Of a stretch of DNA of 64,000 nt, positions 39,496-51,700 are shown one piece after another. A model generated the notes under the pieces. The model searched no databases, was not told where the DNA came from, and was given only the letters and a program-made list of their open reading frames with translations. The position numbers and the translations under genes were made by a program. The stretch lies in NCBI GenBank assembly GCA_013239625.1, contig MU054220.1, positions 5,998,626-6,062,625 on the forward strand, in the 5' to 3' direction. Origin of the DNA: Lama guanicoe. Taxonomy: Eukaryota. Within the stretch, counting starts at the first letter, position 1. Each line of letters opens with the position of its first letter.

Positions 39496-40498
39496 TCTTG
39501 CCTCTGGGTTATAATTAATAGTGATTAGATTTTGTTAACGGTGATATCAATTATGGCAAAGACCAGAAGCAACTCGTAATCAATAGCTTATTCAGATAGC
39601 AGTTTGGTCTTTTTGAATAGTGAAGCCAAAATGATTCTTCTAGAAAGTCTTTCTTGTTAAATAGCCGTGTTTGAAGCTGACATTTTACAAGGTCACCAGA
39701 GGCAGTAATAGGAATTTATACCTGATTGGGACCTGGTGATTATTTTACTGCCCAGATGAGGAAAGTATTTAGCATTAGTAGAGACTGCTCGGAAATCAGT
39801 ATCTTCTAATTTCCTGATTGAGAATCTTTTTCAGTGTTTTGCAAAAACTAAACGAGCCTGATACATCTTTGAATAGTGAGAATTCTCCTAGCTTGGGAAA
39901 AAATGTTTAGGCTGAATAAACAGGATCAAGTTGATTAGGTATGGCTTAGAAAGCAATATTTTTTGATTAAACAAAGAGAAGAAATTCGTGCTGTTTTGAA
40001 ACATATGTTCATACTTTTAGGCTTAGCCAGCCCACCCCCTGATCAGAGCACCTACCATCTTCAAAACAAGTTGCTTTCACTAGCTTTTCTCTGTTGAATT
40101 AATAGCCTCCTTGAGCTATATAGGCAGGGGAGGGCCCCAGTGGCCTTAAGAATTGCACAACTAAACTATGGAGCCATCCACCAAATAATCCTCATGATAT
40201 TCAGTAAGCAAACCAGGTGGTTTCATTTGTATTAATTATGCATAATTCTCATACCAGATTTTGCTATATGCATGTATAAATGGAGAAATTTATACATCTG
40301 AGATTAACTAACTTACCCAAGACTAAGCAGCTAATAATATAAGACATTTGGCCAGGATTTAAGACCAATGTTTCTGATTCCAAAGACAGACCTCTTTGGC
40401 ATAGACCACGTACAGCCCAATTTCCATTGGTTAGTGACCACTGGAATTGATGATCTTTTGACCTCAGAATTGCAAATAGCAATTTTCCTAGCTCCAAA

Positions 40499-41130
40499 TG
40501 TGACTGAGAGCGACCCTTTGGGAGCCTTCCCAGAATAGAACTCCCCCCAACCATGACCTCTGGTTGCCTCTTACCTGTAGAAAAGCTCTAGCCTCCTAGG
40601 TCTTCCCTGAGTTCCAAAGAGAAAATTTAAACAGAGAAGTGAGAAAAAGCAAAATGAAAGGAAAACAGTCAAGCAAGACAAAATAATAATAGTTTAGCCA
40701 TTAAACAAAGCCAAGGACCTTTAGTTCCTCCTCAAGGGCTATACATAACATTCTGAGCCATGTCGTTTGAGCTGTTTTGTAGATTCTGAAATCCCCAACA
40801 GGTGGAAGAAGTTAACTGTATGCTGCCCACAAACATGTAGACCCCAGAAGGGTTGGAACCAGAAGGCTGATGATGTTGACTCCTGATTACCATCACCAAC
40901 CAGTTGGAAGAATGTCCACAAGTTGATCACAGACCCCACAACCTCTGTCCCACACTGCCTTTAAAAATCTTTCCCTGAAAAACTTTGGGGAGTTTGAGCT
41001 TTTAAGCATTAGCTACTGGACTTGCTTGGTGCCCTGCAATAAAGGCTACACTTTTCTTCACCATAACCTTGTGTCAATAGGTTGAGTTTACTGGGCGCGG
41101 ACAAGTGGACCCACATTTGGTTCAGTAACA
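40499..41130 (+). mobile_element. Solo ERV1-class LTR (632 bp)
   Basis: TG...CA termini with an imperfect inverted repeat (tgtgactga / tcagtaaca), AATAAA at 41038-41043, and 4-bp flanks caaa/caag. Confidence 0.85.
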
Positions 41131-41519
41131 CAAGTTCTATTCATGATAACAGCAATGGCCCTAGATACCAAAAAGGGAACAGGAGCATGTGAGGGAGAGT
41201 GATTTACCTGATCATTTGATTAGCACAGACCACCTGTGCTCAGCCATAAACTTTCATTTCACAGCCCTTAATACATTATTTCTAACAGATCATAAATGTG
41301 GCAATGTTTTCTCAGCAATATTAAGACAAATAAGAGCATATTCATTTTATTGATATCTCATGGGATTCAGAGTCACCATGGCTCTGTATACAAAAATTTC
41401 CTGAAGCCCTGACTCCACCATCACCACTTTGTTGCAAGGATTGGCTTGAGAATTTCTGAACTGTCTCACATTGCTTAGGATATCAGTTTTAGGGTCTGGT
41501 CTTTTTTTGGTGACCCTCT

Positions 41520-42195
41520 CTATTTTATTTTATTATTTTATTTTATTTTATTTTTATTGAGATATAATTGACATGTAACTTTATATTAGTTTCAGGTATA
41601 CAACATAGTCATTTGATACCTGTATATATGATAAAAGGATCACTACAGTAAGACCAGTCAATAATCTGTCACCACACACAGTTACAACTTTTCTTCCCTG
41701 TGATGAGAACTTTTAAGACCTACTCTCTTAGCAACTTTCAAATATACAACACAGTATTAACCACAGTCACCAAACCTTGCTTCTCCAGGACTTACTTATT
41801 TTATAACTGGAAGTTTATACCTTTTGACCATGTTGTTCATCCCCTACTCACAGCCTCTGGCAACCACCAATTCTCTGTGTTTGTGGGTCTGCCTGTTTGT
41901 TCATTTGTTTTTCTTTAATGATTCCACTTATAAGTGAGATCACAGAGATTTGGCTTTCTCTGTTTGACTCATTTCACTTAGCATAACGTTCTCAGGGTCC
42001 ATCCATGTTGTCACATGTGACAAAATTTCCTTCTTTTCAATGGCTGAATAATATCCCATTATATAGCTCACATTCTCTCAGCCATTCATCCATTGATGGA
42101 CACCAAAGTGGCTTCCATGTCTTGGCTATTGTAAATAATGCTGCAATGGTCATGGAGAGGCGTATATCGTTTTAAACTGGTGTTCCTCATATTTC
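41520..42195 (-). mobile_element. L1 (L1MA-like) 3'UTR and ORF2 end
   Basis: (TTTTA)n tail, then 'gagatataattgacatgtaac...gatgagaacttttaagacctactctcttagcaactttcaaatatacaa...gattccacttataagtgagatcac...cttggctattgtaaataatgctgcaat'. Confidence 0.9.
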
Positions 42196-42934
42196 AAAAG
42201 GATAAAGACCTTTTGCTAAGTGTTTATGAAAAATTTCAGGGTGTATACATATATATATATAATACATACATAATTTTACAAATATGTATAGAATCTATCT
42301 TGGTGTTGCCTAATATATACTGTAGATGCCACACAAATATGATTTTTCACGCTTGTCTAAATGTTGAAAATTGAGGTTTAAGAATCCAAAGGCATAACGA
42401 TTATAACTAGATCACAAGAACATTTAGAATATTTGTTTCTCTCTTTAGTATCACATAGCCTCTCTCAGTTTAGTCTAATGTCATACTGGCTGCCACACAC
42501 TCAAAGCTTGGCACTTACCCTCTCTACCTGAGACTAGTTTATAATATTATTGCATTGCTGGGGCACAGGACAGCAACATGATGCCATAAATTCACAGTGG
42601 AATCATTCGGAGGAGCTAGTACTTTCCACAGACTCTCTAAGGCAGGGAAGAAAGACATAGTATTACTCTGTTCCATGGCTTTGACGCTATATTACCCGAA
42701 ATAAGAGGCAGTCACCCTGCAGCTACTCATGGTTACATCACTAAAAAAGTAGATTAATCATTGGCAGCTGAAACTCAGAAGGCTTCTGAGAATCGCTAGG
42801 TGTGTTCCCTTTTCTGTGAGAAAAGACATTGCATCTCTCACTTGTATGATACTGGATTCATTTGCCCATTAAAAACCATCAGGATTTTAGGGGTTGATGG
42901 ATCGGATTCTCATTTCTCTGATGACATACATTAT

Positions 42935-43420
42935 TGTTGAGGTCTCTCTATGGTTTTAAGAAACAGAAAACCCCAATCCAGACTAGCAGCAGCAAGGGGG
43001 ATTTATTGGCTCACAAAACAGAAACAGTTTAGAGATAGGGCTGGTTCCTACTGAGGCTTGTAGCTGCCACTCAATGACACCCTCTTGTCAGGATCTGTTT
43101 CACTTTCAGGCTCCAGAATGTTTCCCACATCCGCCCATATAGCTCTAAGGAAGGAGACAAGAGAGCCCAGCAGGCTGGTGCTCAAATGTTCAGATTCAGT
43201 CTCTTTCATTGGCCCAAACTGGAGCCTGCATCCATTCCTGAGCCAATGACTGTAGCTGGAGGGGAGGGAGCATGAGGATTAGCTTACACCAATCAGAGCT
43301 CACCGCTGAAGCTAGAAATGGGATTGGTCCCACCGGACGTAAGGCTGTAACACAATGGCAGAGAAGTAATTTACCAAAAAGAAATTCAACTGCTGCTAGC
43401 AGGAAAAAGAGGGAAATGGA
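42935..43420 (-). mobile_element. Old LTR (MLT1-type) relic
   Basis: 'agaaacagaaaaccccaatccagactagc...gatttattggctcac' and 'cattcctgagccaatgactgtagctggagg' are typical of antisense ancient MaLR LTRs. Confidence 0.5.
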
Positions 43421-43929
43421 AGTTGAGGAGGCAGCCCAAATGCAATCCCAGACTTCCTGCAAGAAGTTGAAGTGTTCACCCAGCAATGGAACACGGACAG
43501 CATCCCCTGGGAGCAATCACTCTGAAAACCTTGAGACTGCAGACTGGGCACCAGAATGCCAAAACATTCAAGATCCAGATCAGCGGAGGAGAAAGAGTGT
43601 CGATATTTTCTGCCCAGTAGAACCCCTAGCCCTATCAAAGGGCTTTGAAGATGGGAATTGTTGTGTTATTTTTATCATGAACCCACGATGGATTTCTGCT
43701 TTTCCCAAAAGGGTTCTTTTGAGCAGAGAAGGTCAGTGAAGCTCCAATTATTGCACTTGTGTCATCTTCTGACCCCCCATTTTGGGTTTCCTCAGAGCCA
43801 GAGAACTGCAGGGAAACCAAGGCAATGGAAAGGTCTTCTTCTCATTATTCTAAATATAGAACAACCCTAGATTCTGAATATAGTGACTATGCTGGGGGCA
43901 AACTGAACATCAGAGCAAATATTAAGACA

Positions 43930-44170
43930 ATGGGGCAGTGTTGTAAAATAGAAAGACCAGGCTTCGGGGTTAGACAGATTTGAATTCTAATGTTAGTTCC
44001 GTCCGTAATTAAGGCATGGCTTTCTTCAGGCTCAATTTCCTCATCTATAAATGGGAATCATATTACATGCATCGTGGAGGTGGAGGATTAAATGTGATAC
44101 AGATCAATTGATCGATCAATTGGTCGATAGAGGCAATATCCGTTATATATGAGCGCTGCTCATTTCTTAA
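43930..44170 (+). mobile_element. MIR SINE relic
   Basis: 'ttagacagatttgaattcta...ctcaatttcctcatctataaatgggaatcata'. Confidence 0.7.
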
Positions 44171-44289
44171 TCTTCCTTTGTTCTTTCTTTGTTGGTTCCT
44201 AGAAAATGTTTTGAGACTATCCTCATGGGCCACCTCTGACTTAACTACTAACAATAAAAATAATGCCTAATATGTAACTAAACACAGTC

Positions 44290-44455
44290 AGTACAATGGT
44301 TAAGAAAACAGACTTTGAAGCCAGATGCCTGGGTTTGAATGCAAACTCTGTGGACTCACTGGTGACACTGAGCAAATTACTTGACTTCCCTGTGCTTCAT
44401 TCAGTTTTCTCATCTATAAAATGGTGATAGAAAAAAATCTGGCATTTATAGAAAT
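44290..44455 (+). mobile_element. MIR SINE relic
   Basis: 'gactttgaagccagatgcctgggtttgaat...agcaaattacttgacttccctgtgcttc...ctcatctataaaatgg'. Confidence 0.75.
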
Positions 44456-44459
44456 GTGA

Positions 44460-44670
44460 GGCATTTTTCTAAACCTGGTTACATATGAACTCAGTTATCT
44501 TCACAGTAACCCTAGGTAGCAGTTATGACTACTAATCATAGTGGGACAGTTACTATGCTATCTTACAGATGAGGAATTTGAAGCACAAAAAGGTTAAGAA
44601 ACAGACCCAAGTGATGACACTGAGCTAAGAATCCAGACAGTGAGACTCTGAAGTCAGTTTGTGAATCACT
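44460..44670 (-). mobile_element. MIR SINE relic (antisense)
   Basis: 'atcttacagatgaggaatttgaagcacaaaaaggttaagaaac'. Confidence 0.65.
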
Positions 44671-47600
44671 TACTAGATCATTATATATCTTCTCCTCAAG
44701 AACCCTTCTCGTGTAATCATCTCATTAATTCACTCAAAACTGAGACCACTTATGACATTGCTTCTATATTTCTCAGTTTCAGAGAAAGACCAAGAAACGA
44801 TGGGCTGAAATAAACAGCTCAGGTTCACAAAGCTGGTATGTGTTACTGCCTGGGTTTCAAAATCTATCTTAAAATCTAAACCACATTGCCTCCATTTTAA
44901 CCTGGAGACTGAGAATTTTGCCCAAATACACACAGTCCCCTGGTCTAATTGCAGCATTTGGAGCTCAGCAGAATTCTTTTGTCTCCCACACAACTCCCAT
45001 GACACTCTGTTAGCTAGTATGTATTTGGGCTTTTGTGACTGGATTCTCCCTTCACACCTCCGCATCTTCTCTGTCGCTGGACCTCATGTCCGAAGGGCTT
45101 TTTGTGTAGCCTGACTGGAGTGATTGGCAAAGGGTAGGTTGTCACTGATAACTTCCAAAGTTTTTCCGTGCCAAGACTTGCCTGGCAGCAAAGAGTTTTA
45201 AGGGGTTGCAAGAGGAAAATGATATATAGCTTTTTTTTTTCCTTTTTATCTTATATCTGAACTATACCTTTTGCAGTCACCCATTCACTTTTTTATAACA
45301 CTTTTTTTCATTGCCTTTAAAATTGATACACATCCATCATGGAAGGTTGGAATACCCAGAAAATTACATGGAAGATATTAAATAGTACTTAGGGATCTTA
45401 TCACCTACAGATAGCTGTGACTAACATTCAGTATTGGTTATAGTTTGTCTAACCTCTTTGATGTTTGCATTCACGCATGATGTATATAAAATGATGTATC
45501 CTGTGGTCTGAATCAGTTCAGAAACAAACATGAATTGCTGGATTTTTATTGAGTGTTTGAGTGTTTATCTCAATTTCATTTTTTCAATTCTTTTTTTTTT
45601 TTTTTTGGTCCCTAGGAGATAGTACACCCCTTAATAGCACCTTGGGCAATATTCAAATTTGAAATATCTAACAAAAAGTCTATTTAGTTTAAAAATTCTA
45701 ATCTCACATTCAAAGGCTTTCCTCTTCCTCATGGAGGCCAGGAAGGAAAGAACCAGGAGAGGGTAAAAGATAAAATCTCTGAATCACACGGTATCGTATT
45801 TCTCCCAACATCAACTGCTGACAGCTTTTTGTTTATGAAGGATTTTAATCACTTGCTAAGTAAAATACACATACCTTTTTCCATTTTTCATTTGCCTTTT
45901 AAAGTTGGTATCACTATTTTATAACATTTGAAGTACTTTTAAAATGTTACATGGAACCAACTCTAGCAAAAATTTCCCATGAATTTTTCCTTCCCCATCC
46001 TAAAATGAGAAAACATGGCTCTGAAGTCACATCCTTAGCCACTAACTCCAGCATTATGTGTCTGGACTTCTAAGTCCTTTCCATATATCATCTCATTTAA
46101 TTCACTCAAATTAAAACAATGCCCTAAAGTCTATTCATATAGTTTGGAATTAAAGCCCCAGATGATGCAGTTTTGTTTTGTTTTGGTCTGGTTTGGTTTC
46201 CTTTGGCATGTTTTCTTGCTAAAGATTTTTGGATTCTGTATGTGTCTGAAAGTTATATGTTTATTTGGCATAGCAGTCACCATTGGTGCCCCACCACCGA
46301 ACTCACAAGTTCTTGTTTCATCTTCTCTGATGGTCTCAAGTAGCTCTTTGAATCAGTGTTTCCAGAAATGCCTATGAGCAGTACTTTTCTAAGCTCTTGT
46401 ACAGCCAAGAACATCTTTATAAATGAACTTCCCCCCGATGTAGAATCTGTTTTGAACTCCATGTCTCTTGAAACCATGTGCACATGCCCCACTCCCTTTG
46501 TGCACTGAAATTGACTGTTGTTCTGTTCAAGAGAAATATGTGACCAGCCTGGTTTGGCTCTTTTGTTAATAAAACTGTCTCTCTTCTTTAATGTTTTATT
46601 CAACCATAGGGCTGGATTATTGGCTCTCTGACAGGAGACTACTTACTGGGTAGGCTGATCCAATTCACTAAGGTGAGCATAAGATGCTTTTGATAGACTC
46701 AAAACCCGTTAATTCATATCACTTACTTAGGAATTTTACTAAATCTTACCATAAAGCAAATTGTAAAGAAGTATGTTAGAAAATCCAATGTCAGGGTAAG
46801 AAAGCCAAGGAAAGTAATAAAAACTCAGGCACTCACTTCCAGCAAACAGCCCTAGACAAATAGAATAAAATAAAGATAAAAAGAGACAAAATTTAAAAAG
46901 TAGGTTCAACTCTTTGGAAGTCAAGTGGGTGAACTTCCTGAAAGCGCAAAGTAATAGAAGAAGAAAGTGGAAGGCTAGAGGCACTTGCCACTGCTTATGA
47001 AAGAGACGTAGCAAAAGCACATGCTGCTCAGTGTCTGCAGCATTCAAGAGTTGAGGAATGACAGTGTCAGAGGAGCATAAGTAGACACACTGATGCTCAG
47101 GATGGCTTTAGTTTCTCATGCATCACTAGCAGCTGGGGAATTCCCTAGGAAACATTACTTAGACTTTAGCAGTTATAGCAAGAGGCACAAACTGCTGGCA
47201 CAGGTATAAAATGCCCACTCACTAGAGAATCTGTAGATGGTTTTACCAGGTAGGGTTTCCCGCAGTTCACTGTGAAGGTGCCAGAGATATGGGGACCAAA
47301 GAAAAAATGAAAACCAAGAGATTTTTAATACTCTGGGTGAAAATAGGTGATCGCTCTATACATGGCTGCCCCTTTTGCAAATTTTAAGGTTTAACAAAGT
47401 ACAATTATTTTGAAGGTCACTTTGCTTGAAGAGATACTAAACATAGCTGTAATTTTCCTACAGACAAATAGTAAAACAAATGGAAAATAACCCACTGATG
47501 GAAGATTTCTCCCAGTTAATGGTAATCTCAGAGGTGGTGGTCTCCAGGGAGACCTAAGTTTAGTGGCATTCTGGAAAAGCTAATACAAGGAAGGGTTTCT

Positions 47601-47841
47601 CTGTGTGTCACCTCTCAGACATCATTGATTCCTTGCAATAGACCTTGGTGACATCAGATGCTTAATTTCAGGAATAGAGATTCCTGGATAAACTATTGTA
47701 GGTGCTGAGGATTGACTTTTTTAAAAATTTTCTGGGTCTTGGAACAGTGCTTTAATGATCTTGTTTTTCCTAGAATCACTCTGGACCCTTGAGAGAACTG
47801 GCATGGAATTAATTACACTTCTGAGATGCTGAAAGATCACA

Positions 47842-48233
47842 TTGTTGTGGGCTGCATTGTGTTCCCTCAAAATTGACGTGTTCGAGTCCTAACCCCCAGT
47901 GCTGCCAAGTGTATGTGTTTGGAAATGAGGTCTGAAAGAGATGATTAAGTTAAATTAAGGTCTTTTAAATTGGGATGGGACCTAATCCAAAATGACTGGT
48001 GTCCTTATAAGAAGAGGAAATTTGGACACATAGAGTGACACCCAGCACGTGCACAGACAAAGGAGCAATGACGTGAGGACACAACGGGAAGGAAACTGGC
48101 CTCAGAAGAAACTAAAACTGCCAACACCCTAATCTTGAATTTCCAGCCTCTAGAATTGTGAGAAAATAAATTTCTGTGGTTTAAACCATCCGGTTTGTGT
48201 TATTTTATTATGACAGCCCTGGCAAACTAATAC
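47842..48233 (+). mobile_element. MLT1B-like MaLR solo LTR
   Basis: Runs from 'tgttgtgggctgcattgtgttccctcaaaattgac' through 'tgactggtgtccttataagaagagg' to 'ccagcctctagaattgtgagaaaataaatttctgtggtttaaacc...gacagccctggcaaactaataca'. Confidence 0.88.
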
Positions 48234-48699
48234 ATATACCTATTCCAGTGGAAGACACTGAAAAGAGCAATGATGGCCAAACTTCAGCGCCGCCTGGGCA
48301 TGAGGAAGCCAACTAGCTAAGAGAAAGCAAGTGGGAGAGGGGAAGGCAAGGGTTTTAATTTCTTTGGACAACCTAAGAATGTTGAAATTATTTTTGTGCT
48401 TTAACATGTAAGAACCAGATAATTTTCTTTGGGCTTGAATTTACAACAGCAAAGGGATTTAATCCTGAGTTTATTTATTCTCAGTAATTCGATCTGAGAA
48501 ACAGATTTAATTTCTACATTGGGGCATTTTATAATGAGTATCTTCCCTTATCAATCTTATTGTAGAACTTCTGAGGGCCTTTAAGATGAATGTGGCTGGA
48601 TTTAATTTGAGATAGGAATTAAATAGGGTATAAATTTTTATTTTTGAGTTTAGTGTGGGTTAAATTTATATATATATTTATAATTTATATATAGAAATA

Positions 48700-48733
48700 C
48701 ATACATATATATATGTGTATATATATGTGTATA

Positions 48734-48777
<44 letters not shown>

Positions 48778-48797
48778 CATTTTTATATATATATATA
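48700..48797. repeat. (TA)n microsatellite
   Basis: Directly visible. Confidence 0.95.
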
Positions 48798-51700
48798 AAA
48801 TGTTCCATTCAGTTCTGGAGGCAAAATGTACTATGCACACCAGAGGAATACCCAAAGGGACAGTGGTCAAATACACACACACACAGACATAAGTACTAGG
48901 AATATAACCATATGGACCTCTCAAATGGTTGAAAGTACTATGGAAGTACTGTTTTGGTAAGTTACTTTTTTGGGAGGAGTGTTGGTGACTCCCTGAGTTG
49001 TACACTGAGAGTAAAGACTGTTAACTTTTCCTCTGAGGAGACTACATGTCGTTAGCTATAGGATTTTTGATTGGGTGATGAGTTTGCAGCTTTGGAATCT
49101 GGGCTGAATCTCTCAATATCCTAAAAGAGAGCCTGAAAGCTGTAAGTACTGATCCTCTTTTTCCACTGTCTGCCTTGATTCTACACAGCTTTTATCTTTT
49201 CCTCCAAATAAGCGTTAAATATATTAATGGAATAGAAGTTGAAAGGGATACTAGCCTGCATGTGGTATCCATACGAACTGGGTCTTCCCTGACTCTGAGG
49301 TTGCTTCAGATGGAGACCCCTGGGGTTGGTCTTTAGATATTAAAGGACAGTTCTTCTTTAAACATGTAATAGCATGAAGCCTAAACATGAGTTATCCAGA
49401 CTACATAATTTGACAAAGTAGGGACGGGAGTAGGAGGCTATTATTTGTTGAGTTTGAATCCTGAGTGCAAGAATTTTTCTTTTTTAATAATTTCCAAGCA
49501 AGGAATCAAATATAACACAGTCTAGGGCTCTAAGGGAGGATATATGGAGATGGGAGAATGGGGCACGTAGTTTAAAATCAAGAAACCCAGACCGTCTCTG
49601 ACAGTGTAGAAAACCTAATAGTGCTAATGTTTGATTGGTGACCTCCGGTCTTATCAAAGAGAGAAGCCCTGGACTGCATGGAGGCAGACCTTCGAGCAGA
49701 AAACCCCATCTCACTCACCTGGGATTTATGATGTCCGGCTCCCAGTAGGTCATATCTGAATATCTCCATTCAGGATTCAAATCTGCAGTGTAAGTCAGGC
49801 TGAACTAGATGGCCAAGTTAGGGTTTAAATAACTGCTATGTTGAAACCCTGCTTTGTTGGTCATTGTATCAACACTGTGAGATGAGCTAATTTAGCATCC
49901 CTTATTATAGATGAGAAACTTGTGCCTAAGGAAGTTGACAACATATCTAAATTCATACAAGTGATAAGGAACTTAGCTTGCAACCGACACTTGTCTCATC
50001 CTAAAGTGTGTCACTTACCAAGACACTACTGAGCCTTCCAATAAAAGAATTTAGAAAAAGCATGTTTGCATTGAATATTAGCTGATCTGAAAGGCTAGAT
50101 TACAAATGTCAAAAAAAATTAATGAATCAGAAATTTAATATTCTCTAAGAAAGAAGACCCAGAGAGGTAAAGGAAATATAATGCTCAGGTACAAATACAG
50201 TCTTATACTCCACTTGGGAATGAACCGCATTGATTCAGGATTGATCTTGAGAAAGTCTTATTCAGTTAGAGTTTGAGGGCACAACCTCTAGCCGCTCACT
50301 GCAGCAGTATTTATTTAGCATATCCATCGAGTTTCTCTCTTGCTTTTCCTGTGAAAACCTCAAGGTGCAGTTAAAAGATCACTTTTCTTTTTCTTAAACA
50401 GAAACTACACCTCAAACATTATAATGAAGAGGAAAAGCCAGGAGAACAGCAAACTAAGGAATATAGGAAGATGGCCAAGGGGGTTAGAAGAGGCCGTTTT
50501 GATTGAGAAGGCTACACTCCAGTGAGATGATAAATACTGCAATTTATGCCTTTACATGCAATCTGACGTCAAGACCACACATTAATTGGGGATTTTAGTT
50601 TCAGGTTGTGCTGTATTCTATACTATTTTAAATCATCCCTCTGACTTCTTTTTCCTTTTCCCTTGCCTTCTCTTTTTCTTCCTTATTTCTCTCTTCCCAG
50701 GGCCAACCAATGTTACCTGTCAGAAGGGTGTGAGATTGCCTCCCAGACATACTTGATTTTTACACCTCCAAGGTAACCTCTTCACTTGATACCTGGACCT
50801 GCATACTGAGAGCTACACCTTTAAAGCCTATAATCCCTTTTCTAGCACTTTAAATGTTCTTCAGTAATTTATTACAGTATGAATTAATCTCAGATCCTTC
50901 TGTAAGAGCAAGTTTTAGCAAAGAATGACCAGTCAAATGCTGGCATCATCTCAAGTTCTTAGACCACGCTTCACTCTGGGACAGAAGCAGCCAGTTATGA
51001 ATAAAAATGCTGGTCATTACCAAAATCAGGATGAGTTTTTGTTTTTTTTTTCCCCTTGAAAGACTGGCTTTGATATGTCTAGAATGCGCTAATTCAACTT
51101 GGCATCTCTGGGGATCTTGCTGTTAATAGGTGATAAAATATAACTGCATCTCACAAACATATATAATACTCAGCTCCTGTATCAAGTACAGAATGAAAAA
51201 AATGAGAGTTTAAAATCTTCTACTATGAGAGGGAATAAAAGGAGAGTGAGGGTGAGAGCAAGAACAAAAGAGTGAGAGAGGAGGGAAAGACTAATGAAAG
51301 GGAGGAAGAAAAAAGGGGGAGAATGAGAGAGAGAGTGACAGAGACATAGAGACAAAAAGCAGAGACAGAGAAAGAGACAGATGGGGAGTGGGGCACTGGC
51401 GTGGTGATGGTTTACATTAGCAGAGCAGTGAATGGGTGAGCCCAATGCTCTGGTTTTCTTTTTTTCCAAAAGGCTTTTGAATGTATGCCCAAAATCTGTG
51501 GTCCGAGCTTTGTAAAATACTCTGTAATACTCATTCTGCTTATATTTCATTAATAACACTGAATGATCATACAGGCTGATCTCAGTTGTATAATATTCCT
51601 TAGAAATTTCTTTTATGTTCTATTTCTTGTCTATTTTTCTGCCTTAAAGGAAGAGTGGAGGGAAAAAAAAAACCTCAGAGTACTTCTCCCTGCTTTTCCC

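Noticed and set aside
43485..43505. REST/RE1-like motif CACGGACAGCA
   Set aside because: Only the right half-site matches; the TTCAGCAC left half is missing.
43272..43739. 155-aa plus-strand ORF
   Set aside because: It starts within an old LTR relic, has no recognisable domain, and lacks convincing splice or promoter context.
48283..48300. CTCF-like CCAGGCGGCGCTG on the minus strand
   Set aside because: Mismatches in the core and 5' flank; too weak without a PWM score.
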